The notes under the pieces were generated by a model. That model saw only the letters and a program-made list of their open reading frames with translations, had not been told where the DNA came from and ran no database searches. Shown piece by piece: positions 15,455-30,289 of a DNA stretch of 64,000 bases. The position numbers and the translations under genes were made by a program. Origin of the DNA: Eledone cirrhosa (taxonomy: Eukaryota); NCBI GenBank assembly GCA_964016885.1, contig OZ024746.1, forward strand, positions 48,422,001-48,486,000, written 5' to 3'. Each line of letters begins with the position of its first letter. Within the stretch, counting starts at the first letter, position 1.

Positions 15455-18105
15455 TTTCTCTCTGTGCCTCAAGCTGAATGTTTCTTTCATTTGGTATTTG
15501 ATTTTTGTTTTTGACACAACTCCGTTTTCAAATATAATTTTAAAAACACTTCCAACTTCTATTTTGATGCAGATAGACATATGGGAAGACTCATTAAACA
15601 GAGAATATATATTCATGACAATATATACATCTAATCAAAAGCAGTTATGTATTTTAGATTTATTGATGGTAGGTGTGATAAACGCAAGTGATATGTTTAG
15701 AGACAGTTTAAAGATGTTTAGAGGCAATTCAAAAATTGTTAGCTCAAGTTATAGTATACTTCAAAGAAGTAGTGAATAGGACAATGTATTTCTTGGAATG
15801 TCTCCAAGATATTTTATTGAAAATATTTATTACTTGCTGTTTCAAAGTATTTAACAAGAACACTAATAATTTCAAAGGAGATAATTTTAGAGAATGAACA
15901 TTAAGGATAGCCCGACATCATCCTCATTGCGTAACAGGTTTCAATTTTCATGATGTCAATTCTTAATTAATCCCTAGGGCGTCTTAGTTCCTGTTAAATA
16001 TTCATTCCACCCCTTTTCTCTTGACGTCAATTATGGATTTATTGATGTTTATTTCTGGTCGTTTTATTATTGTTTAGTCTCCGGGTGAACTCTAATGGAG
16101 GATACCTATTAAGAAAGGCATTCATTCAGTCGTGACTATTTCGTTCTCTTTGAAGATATCGATTATCTATGAAATATATCCTGCCCATTTGTTTTAAAAT
16201 TGGTTTGGAGTGATTTCACATGACAAACTTAAGATAACAATCTTCAGGTCTGAATCGAGTATAGAAAATAAATTGTCTCATAATCTCAATTCTTTCTGTT
16301 TTTGCCTTTCTTTGTACGTATGTAACTCCACACACTGACAAACATACATATAAGGAAAGGAAGAGGGGGGAAGTGAAGAAAGTGAATATCCAGTGCATGA
16401 AGGGGAGTATATTGTTTATTGGGTATACAAATTGGAGAAAATGAACCTTAATACATGTAGTAAAGTTTATTTATTCGTTCGAAGCATGCACACACACGTA
16501 TGTATGTATATATGTATGTGTTATCTCTTTCTCTTAATTTCGAGTATATTTTTTTTGACCGGCCACCTTCCTGGTGGCAAGGTTGTAAAAGAAAAGAAAT
16601 TGTCATCCCTTGAATCGCAAGAATGTATGTATGTATGTATGTATGTATGTATGTATGTATGTATGTATGTATGTATGTATGTATGTATGTATGCATGAAT
16701 GTATGTATGCATACATACATATACATATATTAGGACTTATTAAATCACGTGATCCACCTCAATCAATGGCAATCGGTCTAGCTACTGTGTTTCGTTAATT
16801 TATTTTATGGTAGAATAATTATTCCTTTGTGTGTACTAAATATGAATTACTGTCAGGACTCAACATAAACATTACGGGCATTGCAGACTGTTTACTTATC
16901 TCCAAGGCATTCGCTCTTGAAATTATATTCGAATAAAATAAAGTTGGATAAACGTAGCAGAACGTGTCGAGTGGGTCAACTCATCTTAGCCAAAACTTCA
17001 AGAGATCATATCTCTTCATGTGTTTCTTTTCCGTCGTCAGTTACAATTCTATACACATCCAGAGTGAATTATAGGAATATAAATCGACCCCAGTATTTGA
17101 CTAGTTCTATATTCAATTTTGCCTTTCATCCCTTCAAGGTCGATAAACAAAGTATCAGTCGAGCACTGAGGTTCATTCTTTCTGTATATCTCCTTCATAC
17201 TTTTATTTTCTCCCTCTCCCTCTTTCTGTTGAAGAAACCTGCTGTGTTCAGCACTGGGGAGGAGATGGGCTCCGCCAGGTTTTGAAAAAAGGAGCATAAC
17301 TAAGGCGAAAAATTAGCAGAGACGTTGGAGTGTCGGATTAAAATGCCTTATTATTTGTTCCGGCTCACTATGCTCTGAGTTCAAATCCGTTAACTTTGCC
17401 TTTTATCCTTTCGCGATTGATGAATAAAATACCACTCGATTCTTCTCCTTTCTTTCTCTCTAGAAGAAACAGGCTTTGTACCGACCTGGAAAGGAATGGA
17501 CTCAGCCAGTTTAAAAATATCCAAGCCCCAGTGTTTGTCAGGACAACGCCCCCACGACACCACAAGAAGTTTAGTGTCCTTTGAAAAACATACCGAGTAT
17601 TTCATCCGACACTAACGAATTTTGGCAATACACTACCTTTGCGTTATTTTCGTCGGTCAACAACCCACTTTTATTAACTATAGATAGCTACTATAGAACA
17701 GTCAAATCGCTGTTTATAGCTTAATCTAGATACTATATGTATTTGAATAATGTTGATGTTGTTGGTATTTAGTTCCAGTCAGACCTTGATTAAAACAAAC
17801 TGTTACTTTAGCCATAACCCAGCAATTGTACTCAGTTGACGCTCTCCATTGTTAGACAACACATGAAGACGTAAATGCTCAATGATAAACAATGGATTAA
17901 ATATTTAGTTGGCTCTAGACTAGACCACACTACTATATCACATATAACTTTCTTTTATAGATTTCATTTCTTTAACGCTAAATGAAAGTAAGCAATATAT
18001 ACACATTGGTATAAAGTTGCACAAATTGCACCTGTATAGTCGCTGGAAGTTACTACAGTTTACTAATATTCATTTTTGTACTGGGCCATGTTAGAGTAGT
18101 GTTAA

Positions 18106-18651
18106 CCCTTTAGCATTTAAACCGGCCGTATCCGACCAGAACTCTCTCACCTCTTTCTGTTCAAACCAGCTGTAACTCGCCACTCATACCTATATTAAGG
18201 AATTGTTCTCAAAATAAAGAACATCAAAATCTCATAGATTCGATATTACGTGAGATAATTATGTAAGATAAAGGCTTTACTGTGAAAATACAATAGTAAA
18301 TATAGAATAATTGTTTCTACTTTTGGCACAAGGCCAGCAATTACCCCAGTGTATTACTAGTACTTTATTTTATAGACCTCGTAAGGATGAAAGGCAAAGT
18401 TAACCTCGGCGGGATTTGAACTTAGACATAAATATAGAATAATTGTTTCTACTTTAGGCACAAGGCCAGCAATCACCCAGTGCATTACTGGTACTTTATT
18501 TTATCGACCCCGTAAGGATGAAAGGCAAAGTCAACCTCGGCGGGATTTGAACTCAGATCATAAAGGGACGTAACTATGCTGGAAAGCATGGCGTCCGACC
18601 CTCTACCGATACTCCCAATCCAAAATATAGAATAATGTAAATGCTAAAGGG
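18106..18651. mobile_element. piggyBac-type MITE with a nested SINE dimer
   Basis: TTAA TSD at 18102-18105 and 18652-18655; 14-bp TIR CCCTTTAGCATTTA; two Nin-type SINE pieces at about 18312-18622. Confidence 0.8.
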
Positions 18652-18664
18652 TTAAAGATATAAA

Positions 18665-18735
18665 TAGCCGAACGTAGTTTCGATCTATTTATTTTGAGTT
18701 ATGGGCCCAACCCACTTTCACTGTGTCACTCTACT
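18665..18735 (-). pseudogene. Decayed initiator tRNA-Met(CAT)
   Basis: AGTAGAGTGACACAGTGAAAGTGGGTTGGGCCCATAACTC...AGATCGAAACTACGTTCGGCTA aligns to tRNA-iMet (GGGCCCATAAC arm, GATCGAAAC T loop) with many mismatches. Confidence 0.75.
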
Positions 18736-20139
18736 TTCTTATTTGTGCTTATTTCATCGATTTCGGTAAGATGAAAATTACAGTTAATAATATTGGTACA
18801 CTTTGAACTCAGTGAATAGTTTTTGATTACAGTGACTTTAAGATTCGTGCTTAAATCTCGACAAGAAGGTCAACTTTGCCTTCAATCCTCTGGGATTTGG
18901 TAATAGAATATACCAGTCAAGGACTGTCATCGATTTCATCAAATATTTCTCTCACAAAATCTGTTGCCTTGTGCTAACGTTAGAGATCAATATTTTCTAG
19001 ATGATCTTGTATTGAATAGAAATGGGGAGCATTGAATTAAACGAAACGCCCCCAGAAGATTTTAAATGACGAATTATTTTAGCTGCTCGTTCAATGTCAT
19101 ACCCACTCAGTCATTTCATTTAAACTAGTTATTAGGATCGATTTAATCGACTGTCATACTATTGTAGTCAAATAATGTTTTCAACGAGTAGTACATTTGC
19201 TAAATTGCAGGAAAGAAAAATCAATAAAGCAGTTTGAAATTCATTGTTATTTAACTTATTTTTTAACTCTAACTTTTAATCAGTTTCCTTTGAAATCATT
19301 TTTAGGCATTGTGGCTTAACATCAAAGAAAAGAGGCACTCAGAAGTTGATGTGACGATCAGCTTAGGAAACTATAAAATAAAATAGGGAAATACGAAAGG
19401 TAAAATTAATAGCTCGGAAATCTCAAGCTGTAGTTTAGCAACAGCAGTAACTTCTCTTGAAATATTTACATAAGTTCGTTGAATTTATAAATTTATTCAT
19501 GTATTTATATTTGAAGGAACATTTCTAATGTCTATAATAACTCCTTGATCTAATAATTATTTTCGCTACAACATGTAATTCAGTACATTATCCATGTAAT
19601 TCAGTACATTACATTGAATTGCAATACATCATTAGATAATTCGCAGAATGCAGAATTGTGGTGATATATAGAATGAAGAATAATGAATCATAGTTACGCA
19701 GTACTAGCAAAATTACTACTACAATTAATTGATTACTTGTCGTAAAACCAAAACGTCTCACCAGCTTCTATGAAAGACAATGTTTTCTTTGTTTTTAAAA
19801 TTTACTTTATCGTTTAGACACAAACAACAAATTAACATGACACGATGTTTCGTAATTAGATTTGCAGCTCCATTCGCCGATTCGTCAATTGCTAGTTGCC
19901 AGCCTATCATTTACTTTAATGTGTCTGTAGTACTATTGTTTCTGAATAAACTGGAAGGCGGAGAAAGGACATCGATAGTATGTTGTAATCATAACTCACA
20001 CATTCAATCCTATTCTATGTTTCTATCACTCTCTGTACGAGTACATATGTGCTCGGTCATATTTGTACTCACGCATGCATAAATATATATATATACACAC
20101 AAATATATGTAAGAGTGTGCGTAAATATGTTTATATATA

Positions 20140-20219
20140 TCTTCTTCTTCTTCTTCTTCTTCTTCTTCTTCTTCTTCTTCTTCTTCTTCTTCTTCTTCTT
20201 CTTCTTCTTCTTCTTCTTC
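20140..20219. repeat. (CTT)n microsatellite
   Basis: Direct inspection. Confidence 0.95.
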
Positions 20220-22708
20220 TAGATAGATAGATAGCTAGATAGATATTTAAATATATGTATATATATACATATACATGTACAGACGTGTGAATTCCAGCCA
20301 AATCACCATTGAATCATATCCTACCGTAAAAAAATTGTACAGACATTGATGAATGTAATTCTTTATAGCCAAGCATCGATGATGGTTACGTAAGGAAGGA
20401 CTTTTATAGGTGCGCCGACTAGAGCTGATCGGGAGTTAAACAACAACAGTAACCCTCTACACCAATTCAAATCAAATGTATTTGGCTTTCCATCTTCACT
20501 CTGTCTTTCACTCTCTCAGTGATAGCCTTTTCATATTTTCATATAAACGACATTAGCATTCATGGCCATACTTCCTTCCCACCTCCGACTATATATATAT
20601 ATTGCAATAATCTTTTATTCTCTATTCTTTGACTAGTTCCGTTCCTTGGTTCTGTGTTACAACCGATGTACATGCACAACTGATTTTCTTTTCCGCCATG
20701 ATCAATATAATAATTTTTCACATTCTGAACTTGGTTGGGTCCTCATAAACCGGTTTGGATATTTTCTATTGTTGCAAAATTTACAGACATAGAAATCTTT
20801 CAGCTTTGTTAAGAAAAGAGAAAGAAAAGAAAACGGTTTCCATTTAGCAGACTAGCAACGAAGTTGATATACGAGTTTCTATTTCCGTTCAACAGTTTGT
20901 TGAAGAATACAACACGTATGCATTTCCCGTTTATTACGACACGTACGCCGTTATACCGGACCATATTTCAGTTCAAACCAGACATACAGAAATAATGAAA
21001 ACACTATCGTTTGAATATTAAACATTTTTTTTTAAAACTTCGTTCTTAAGCATTTTAAACACGCACATACATATATACATACCTTAAGTAAGAAACACAT
21101 TCATACACATATAAACCCAGATACACAATAACATACACATACAAACCTATGACTAACACGGATATGCACAAATGTGCATATATAAATCATGTACAGTTGT
21201 ATGTGAGTGAGAGTGAGTGCGCGCGCATGTATGATTGTCTATGTGTCTACGTAAAGAGACTGTGTATTAATTTTGCACAGACTTTCTATCTGTTTTGACC
21301 ATAACATGCCTGTTATTCTCTTGAACTATTTTCCATCTGCACCCACGGATCTTCAATAATTGAAATCGTATAATAACTGCATAAAATTCTCTCAGTTTTT
21401 CTTTCTTTCAATCCAAGAGAGCTTATACCGTCTAAAAGCCCTGGCACTTCTTATTAAACTAACAATGTGATATTTAAAAAATATCTTTGAGTTGAGATTG
21501 TACGATGAGGATGTTATTTTCATACGCAAATATGACAAATGTGAAATGAAATTTGCTTAGACTTGGAATTAAAAGAAAATAGCCGATATATCGCTTTGTG
21601 CTTGCTCTACATTACTAGCGAGACCAGACTAATAAATAATTCTTTTTAAAATCTTTCAAAGACATTACAAACATGCTCTCATTTAAAGAAGATTCATACT
21701 CCACTTTGATTGACGCCAAGAACATAAATATTCTTTCCTTATATTGATAATGTCAGACATTTTATAACAATGGTTTTCTTCGGCGCCCGGAAGCATTAGA
21801 TTTTGAAACACATTTATGATTGCCAACCGTTATGGTAACCGGCTTTTAATTCATTGTCTAAATGTAATGAAGTATCGCTTTGGCATTCGACACATTCAGA
21901 CAATTTTCATTTATAATTTCTCCAGCAATTTTCGTCTATAATTTATTTGTCAGGAGGCCAGGAATCGTATGTTCCAAGTAAATGCGTTATCCTTATTCAA
22001 ATAGCTAAGCACATTGGCATAACAGTCTAGAACTATTTGAAATAAAAAATAAAAAAATAAAAATAACAATGGTGTAATATACATGGAATGTTGCAGTTGT
22101 ATAAGACAAGAGAATGCTGACACACCAGTCAAATACTGGACTATTTACCGCAACCAGATCTGTGATGTATCCAAGCCAAGATTTTAACTCTTTTAGCTAC
22201 AGTAAAAAAAGTATATAATTTAAACATTTGCTGTAGAGTTGACGATTGTTTTCGTAACATACATTGCTGATTTCAGTAGAGATGATAAATCTAAATAAAG
22301 ATGTATACAAGAATCACTTGCAATACACACAATACGAAGCACCAGTTATGCACCAGTTTCTGCAATTATTTTGTAAACATGGTTAACTACATCTTTGTTT
22401 CTGTTCTGTGCAATACTGCACATCGGTCTGTTCTGATATGATTGCAGGAGTATATCCGTCTTTTCTTCGAGAAGAGATTTCTAGCCACCTTGCTCAACGA
22501 TTCCTCACTTATAAAGAAAGAGATGCAGTATATGGTCTCCAACGATCTTTTTGAGGGTAGTTCAAGGAGACAGAGGTACAAAATGCCTTATTAGTTTCAC
22601 GCTTTATATTGGAAAGGGGAAAGGAAGTTCGATGTATCGGGCTTAAGCCCTGCTTCTGGAATACAAAATAGAGACAGGATTACAATGGAGAAACAGAAAA
22701 AAGGTCCA

Positions 22709-22746
<38 letters not shown>

Positions 22747-22756
<10 letters not shown>

Positions 22757-23283
22757 GTTTACATATACATAAACATAAAGTCATAGATATATATGTTGCA
22801 ACCGGTCACGTTGTAGCTCTATGAAGAATTAATAAATTAAATAATCAGAGCAATATATCATAAATCATTCCTTAGAATTATTAGATAAAATATATACCAT
22901 TTCCTCTCCCAATTAGCTTAATTAACCATATAAAAAATCAATTAGACCAAGCTATAAGAATAAAGGCTCTTATGAAGAAATTTCCGACAAATAACCGAAA
23001 GCGGCCTCTTCGCGGTGGCCCCAATAGAGTATTTATCCAACATTTCGACAGCGTGTAGAAATTGACTAAATATACCGTCAACCATACACAATTAGGTGCA
23101 AATTCAAACTTAGAAGAAATGTGTACATACCGTAATTATATCTCTACCATGGTTTCATCCGTATTTTTAGACATCCAATTAATAGCTTGGTCTAATTGAT
23201 TTTTTATATGGTTAATTATGCTAATTGGGAGAGGAAATGGTATATATTTTATCTAATAATTCTAAGGACATGATTTATGATAT
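22747..23283 (-). mobile_element. PLE-type mini-element of the 28.2 kb family, truncated inside its hammerhead
   Basis: Minus strand CGGAT-GAAA-CCATGG-TA-GAGA at 23141-23162; inverted copy at about 23180-23283; (TA)n flanks. Confidence 0.8.
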
Positions 23284-23704
23284 ATATATATATATATATA
23301 CGCGCGCGTGTGTGTGTGTATGTATGTGTGTGTGCGTGTGTGCGTGTAGTAAATATCGGAAGATGTGAAAAGGGAAAAAGGAAAACAGTGCTCAATCAGG
23401 CGTGAGAGCTGAAATATTATTTATTTATGTTCATACGCGGTACAAAAGCGCTAACTAAGGTTTCGAGGCTCAATTTTAACTACATCCTCTGTGACCTCGT
23501 GTTCAGGTGCTTATCTCAAAGACCAACTCCTTGCTAAGTCTCAACACTCAACAAATTCAATTGGATTTTAACCACCTTAATATTGATTTACATACTTTCT
23601 TAATATCTTTCCTTTTTCCAAACTTACATTATATAGTACAGATTCTATATTATTCTAGTCTATAGCTTAATAAATAATAACATCTTTATATTATTAGGTC
23701 AAAC

Positions 23705-23897
23705 TGACAAAGTTGAGACAGAGCGGAGATTGTTCAGCGCAGCAGTTTCTGCTTCAGCTGTTAAATACTGCGAGCGAAAGAGGCTTGATGTAGTGCCAGA
23801 TAACAGGAGGACCCCTTGGTTCAATCAAGACGCCATTCATGCCATCTGAACAAAGAAGGAGGCTTACAATGCTTGGCTTGGAAATACGTCCTCCGTC
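23705..23897 (+). mobile_element. RTE-clade LINE internal fragment (EN-RT linker)
   Basis: Translates as VETERRLFSAAVSASAVKYC...RRTPWFNQDAIHAI*TKKEAYNAWL. Confidence 0.6.
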
Positions 23898-24909
23898 TTG
23901 CATATATATAAAACCAAACAAGTCACTGACGTTAATTTGAAGATCTGAAATTTATTGGTTCTTAAATTGTAACTCACCGAAGACTTTCCTTAATAGTATC
24001 CAACCATGCAAATAATAACGATTTTTTTTTTGCAATAAAAATGTACCTATTTACTGAAAGGATACTTAAAAGAATGAAACAAACACAAAAAAAATCATAA
24101 CTTCTTTAACATCTTTTGTCTTTAGCAAGCAATGATCAAAACCGTAAAATTAAAACCGAATGAAATGGAAGTTTACTGTGATCAAATTGAAATGAAAATA
24201 AATATGAAGAAACTAAATAAAATGTTTGTTTTTTCTTCTCCAATATCTACAAAGAAACTCTACTTCAAAGTTGCCTGCGGAGGTTGACAAAAGAATTTTT
24301 GCTTTTCCCCCTATACCAATGTAAGAGTGATGGTGATGAAGAGGTACATATAGTAGAGTATTTAGTTGCATTTCCTTACGTTTGGTATTCGAATCACACT
24401 AACGCCAAACTTGCCTCTTATCCAGGTTTTTTTAAATGATCTTCTATTAAGGAATTAGTGCGATTTAATCAAGTATACGCTTCTTGTGCATAATTTCTTG
24501 GTTTATTATGCATATCTCAGTACTTGATTGATATTTCATAGTATGATCCTTCGCAGGAAATTCATTCCGAGAGTCACTTGGACATAGAACATAAAGGGAC
24601 ATAACTAAATATCACAGCGGTTAGCAACACACAAATGCAAAAGAAAACCAGGATCCAACTACAGGTTACTTTGAGTTAAGACGACTGCAGAAGGATGAGG
24701 TGAAACAACGAACGTTATTAGTCTATGTTTTCATTGGTACAAGCTCCTCTCATGGTCCTTTCAACTGTAAATACCAACCTACCGTCTACTTCAAGCTTTG
24801 TGCATGAGTTGATTCCAAACCCATATTCAGCTGTCACACATCTCTTGAGCACATGACACCTTATTTAAATACTACAGTGAAACCAAAAAAGTAATCATTA
24901 CACACACAC

Positions 24910-25037
<128 letters not shown>

Positions 25038-26526
25038 GTGTGTTTTATATTTTGTTTTATATTATGAGGATCTAATTTTTGTGGGTATCGCCCAGTATGT
25101 ATTGGTGGATGGTTGTGTATGCACAAAATAAATGCTAGGTAACTTACCTGTTGGAGTTTGTTTGACGTAGTTGACAGAATAGATTATCTCAATTATCTGG
25201 TTCATTCAATGGTGAAGTAACAAGTATAATTAATCCTTTATATTTATTTCACAGAGTTATAGATAGTCAATATTTGTAGATAAACCACTGAAGCATAGAG
25301 GAGGCTGTTCAATATGGAACATCAACGTCTATGTCTGTGATATTTTCACAACCTTTGATGATTTATATATATATACCGTTGTATGCTTGTCCAACATCCA
25401 ATGTTTCTATGTCGAATAACTACCTTCCTTTAGATACTATTGATGCACTGGGAAGAATAGTCCTATATTTAAAGCAGCCAAAACAATGATGAATCCCAGA
25501 AGATCGCTGATGATCGGGAACTGTCCACGTGTCCGCCATTTCCGAGGTTTCAGTGCATTTCATTTGTCCCAAGTGTTATTTTTTATTGAGATATATAGTA
25601 ATGTATGTGTTTCTATGTAGTAATGTATGTATGTGTGTCTATATATGAGTTTGTGTGGGTGTTCTTAAAAACGGAATAACCTTGATACTACATATAAAAT
25701 AACTCATTTTACATACAAGATTATTAAATGACTAACTGATCGTAATCAACAGCAGGCTTAATAGAGGTTCATTTGTTGTTTACATGGTACCGCATTCGAT
25801 CCTACTGGGTAGGTCCAATATAATAGAACTTTAGCCTCAGGTCGACTGAACTCTTGAGTGAAATTTGGTTGATGGAAAATATTGTACGAAAGCCCGTCGC
25901 TGGATTGTGTCTGATGTATTCCGTATTTTTCTGTCTTTCCTTGAAATGTTATAAGCACCGACTTTCTTTCGCTGACTAAGACACAGAAAAAAAAGAATTT
26001 AAACCTCCCAAGCTCAGATACAATAAATTTTATTATAGTGAGGGAGAAAGCCTCGTATTTCAATGATGTTTGCATGCTTTATTGCTATTTCTTGAAATGT
26101 TATGAAAGAAAAGTGAAGAATGAAGAAATGTGATTGTTTAGAGCTTGGAAGGCTGGAGTTTTATGGGAAGAGAAAGAATACAATATCACCTTCACAAGAG
26201 AGTAGATTCATCAATGGGACTTCATATAATAGTTAGTGTATATCTGCCTCCTCAGACAATTATGCGGCACACGCCAGGGTTTCTGCATCTCGGAAAGAGC
26301 TTTCCAATGTATATTATTGTGATAGCGATGGTGGTGGGCTTTGTATTATTCTTGGTTATATTTGTATTATTTTATTATTTGTTATTGTTTTATTGGTTCA
26401 TTTAAGGAAATATCTAGTTTAAAATGCCAGAACTCGGATAGATTAAAATGATAAAATAAAATATAAAATAGTTACAGAAAAAAGTTTAAAGAGAGATAAA
26501 TGGCAGAGATAGATAGATAGATAGAT

Positions 26527-26587
<61 letters not shown>

Positions 26588-27076
26588 TGGTGAGAAAGAG
26601 AGAGAGAGAGAGGGAGAGAGAGACAGTGTGTGTGTGTATGTGTGTGTGTGAGAGAGAGAGAGAGTGAGAGAGAGAAAATAGAGAGAGCAATATATATATA
26701 TATAATAAGTAACATGAATATGACAACTTCGCAGTTAAAGGACTAATATTATATATATGTGAATTGGCAGTATCGGTGGAGGGTTGGACGCCATGCTTTC
26801 CAGCATAGTTATGTCCCTTTACGATCTGAGTTCAAATCCTGCCGAGGTTGTCTTTGCCTTTCATCCTTACGGGGTCGATAAAATTAAGTACCAGTAATGC
26901 ACTGGGTAATTGCTGGCCTTCTGCCTAAAGTAGAAACAATTATATATATATATATGATCTGAGTTCAAATCTCGCCGAGGTTAACTTTGCTTTTCATCCT
27001 TACGGTTACGGGGTCGATAAAATAAAGTACCAGTAATGTACTGGGTAATTGCTGGGCTTGTGCCTAAAAGAGAAAC

Positions 27077-27139
<63 letters not shown>

Positions 27140-28118
27140 ACAGTAATAGAGTGTTCGACTTCAACCAAAACAAAACATTTTCATTGAAGGTAATCCGATA
27201 CAACAGGTTGTTCAAATATTTCAATATCTTTCTGGTTATTCTTAAAAAACATCTATTTGTTAGCTTCTAAAGGTAGATTAGAAAAGAATTTCTTAGAATA
27301 TAACAATCAGTATTTTGTTCAGCAACGAATCAAAGAGATATAGAGGAGAGAAACTAAATGGCATTTTCCCTTTCAGCTAATCAAAGTTTTGATTTGTTCA
27401 GAAAAATATAAAAATGTCTCTGAAAAATTAAGGTTTCTTGTAATCATTTAATTACTATTGTCATCTAACTTTTATTTTGTAAATTGAGAATGTTGTTTAC
27501 GCATTTTATTCAGTTTGTTTTCTTTTTAATTTCGTTTCTTCACTTCAATTTTTTTATTAACATTTGTGTGAACAATTTCTTCCTCATTAAGGTTTATTGC
27601 TATCATTATTTTTTTCGAATTTTATGCATAATTATATATTGTGCAAGATCCACTTGTAATTAGATAGTGTGTCTTTGTTTTTTTTTGTTTTGGCTTCCTT
27701 TAGAGAACGTAAACATCTAATGGAGTTCATAGTTACTGGCCCATAAAAAAATATGTGAAACGAAATAAAATTAGACATTGCATTAACCAGCATGCATAGA
27801 AGAGACTAGAAAAATCTAGTAATATCAGTCCAGAGAAAAAAAGGGATATGCGACAAACCAACTCTTTTATTCTTTCATTCGTTTCAGTCATTAGAGTATG
27901 ATGAAGCCGAGGCACCTCTTAAATGAGATTTAGTTGCTCATATCGTCATACCCCAGTACATATTTATTCAAGTTTAGTACCTACTTTATCGATCTCTGTT
28001 TGTCGATCCGCTATGACACGAGACATAAAATTACACACACACGTACATATATACAAACATATGTATATGTACATGTATTCTTCATTGTATATGTATATGT
28101 GCATGCGTATATATATGC

Positions 28119-28187
<69 letters not shown>

Positions 28188-28192
<5 letters not shown>

Positions 28193-29378
28193 GTTTACAT
28201 ATATATATATATAAAGTCATAAATATATATGTGTTTTGCAACGGGTCACTTTGTGGCTCAATGAAGAATTAATAAATTAAATAATCAGAGCTATATATCA
28301 TAAAACATGTCTATAGAATCGCCAGATAAAATATATACCGTTTCCTCTCCCAATTAGTATAATTAACCATATAAAAAATTAATTAGACGAAGCTATAAGA
28401 ATAAAGGCTCCTATGAATAAATCTCCGACAAATAACCGAAAGCAGCCCATTCGGGGCGGTTACGACGGATTATTTATCGAATATTTCTACAGCATGTATA
28501 AATCGACCAGATATACAGTCAACTAAACAGAATTAGGTGTAAAATAAACTAGAAGAAAGTGTACATATTTAATTACCTCTACCATAGTGTCATCCGCATT
28601 TTAAGACATCCGATAACATTGGAAATCTAGAGCTTCGGATTCTTCAGGAAGTTAGCTCAAATTTAGACAATTAATTTTCCAAAGTGATCGCGCCAAGAAT
28701 ACATTCAAAAATGGCTAAGAATCGCAATGTGGCAGCGGTCAAGTTAGAAAGGATGTGATTAGTTGCTTACGGCTGGTAGGCTTTTTGCTAGAAAGCGCAG
28801 CCCAATACAGCCAAAATTGTATCTCAACCTAACGGGGGATTATTACATATAAAGGTTTACATATATATATATATATATAAAGTCATAAATATATATATGT
28901 GTTTTGCAACGGGTCACTTTGTGGCTCAATGAAGAATTAATAAATTAAATAATCAGAGCCATTTTTGAATGTATTCTTGGCGCGATCACTTTGGAAAATT
29001 AATTGTCTAAATTTGAGCTAACTTCCTGAAGAATCCGAAGCACTAGATTTCCAATGTTATCGGATGTCTTAAAATGCGGATGACACCATGGTAGAGGTAA
29101 TTAAATATGTACACTTTCTTCTAGTTTATTTTACACCTAATTCTGTTTAGTTGACTGTATATCTGGTCGATTTATACATGCTGTAGAAATATTCGATAAA
29201 TAATCCGTCGTAACCGCCGCGAAGGGGCTGCTTTCGTTTATTTGTCGGAGATTTATTCACAGGAACCTTTATTCTTATAGCTTGGTCTAATTGATTTTTA
29301 TATGGTTAATTATGCTAATTGGGAGAGGAAACGGTATATATTTTATCTGGCGATTCTATAGACATGTTTTATGATATA
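28188..29378 (-). mobile_element. Non-coding partial-tandem hammerhead element (unit about 660 bp) with an inverted arm
   Basis: Tail directly repeated at 28188-28291 and 28850-28959; inverted arms 28292-28716 and 28957-29378; no ORF. Confidence 0.85.
29021..29098 (+). ncRNA. Type I hammerhead with a long stem II insert; GACA core in this copy
   Basis: ACTTC-CTGAAGA-ATCCG...CGGAT-GACA-CCATGG-TA-GAGGT. The 23.15 kb paralog has canonical GAAA. Confidence 0.7.
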
Positions 29379-29401
29379 TATATATATATATATATACATA
29401 T

Positions 29402-29509
<108 letters not shown>

Positions 29510-29513
29510 ACGC

Positions 29514-29607
<94 letters not shown>

Positions 29608-30289
29608 AGTGTTGTAGTTTGCTTGAAGTATTTTTGGATAGAAAATATAGATTTAAATAATTTTAAAAGCCATACACTGCATTAGAAAATTAAAGATGCC
29701 AAGATAACGATAGAATCTTACCTTAGCAAATTTAACAATCCCAAGTATTTTCTGGTTTAAAAACCCATTATCTAGAGAGTATCCCTATGAAGGTCTTAAA
29801 GGATCGATCGGAGATGAGTTGTTGTTAAGGCATATTTATAGATATAAAAATTCTATAGAGGGCACACAGGTCTAAGACAATGAAAATGGAAAAAACAACG
29901 GAAAGACGGACAGTCCCATCTCCTCAGTCAACCTCTAGAAATCACTACGGTTTCGGTGAACTAAGGTTGATGCCATCCATTCAAGTGCATATGTTGAAAC
30001 AAGTTGTGCTTTTAGGCGAATTACGCATAGAAGAAAAAGCATTCCATATAAATACGTTTGTATTTATTGTTGTGGTATAAGTACGGCCACGTGTATTTGG
30101 TCGCTTTTCTTGGTGTCGCACTTTCTAAACTTTGTGTTTACTCTGGACAAAAATGAATGAACTTTCGCACCATTGAGTGCTTTGTAACTGCCTCAAACAA
30201 TTCCATTGGTATTTGCTATACTGCAGCTACAACAACTTTGATTTATACCTATTATTATTTATACCTATTATTATTGTTGTGTTATTTCG

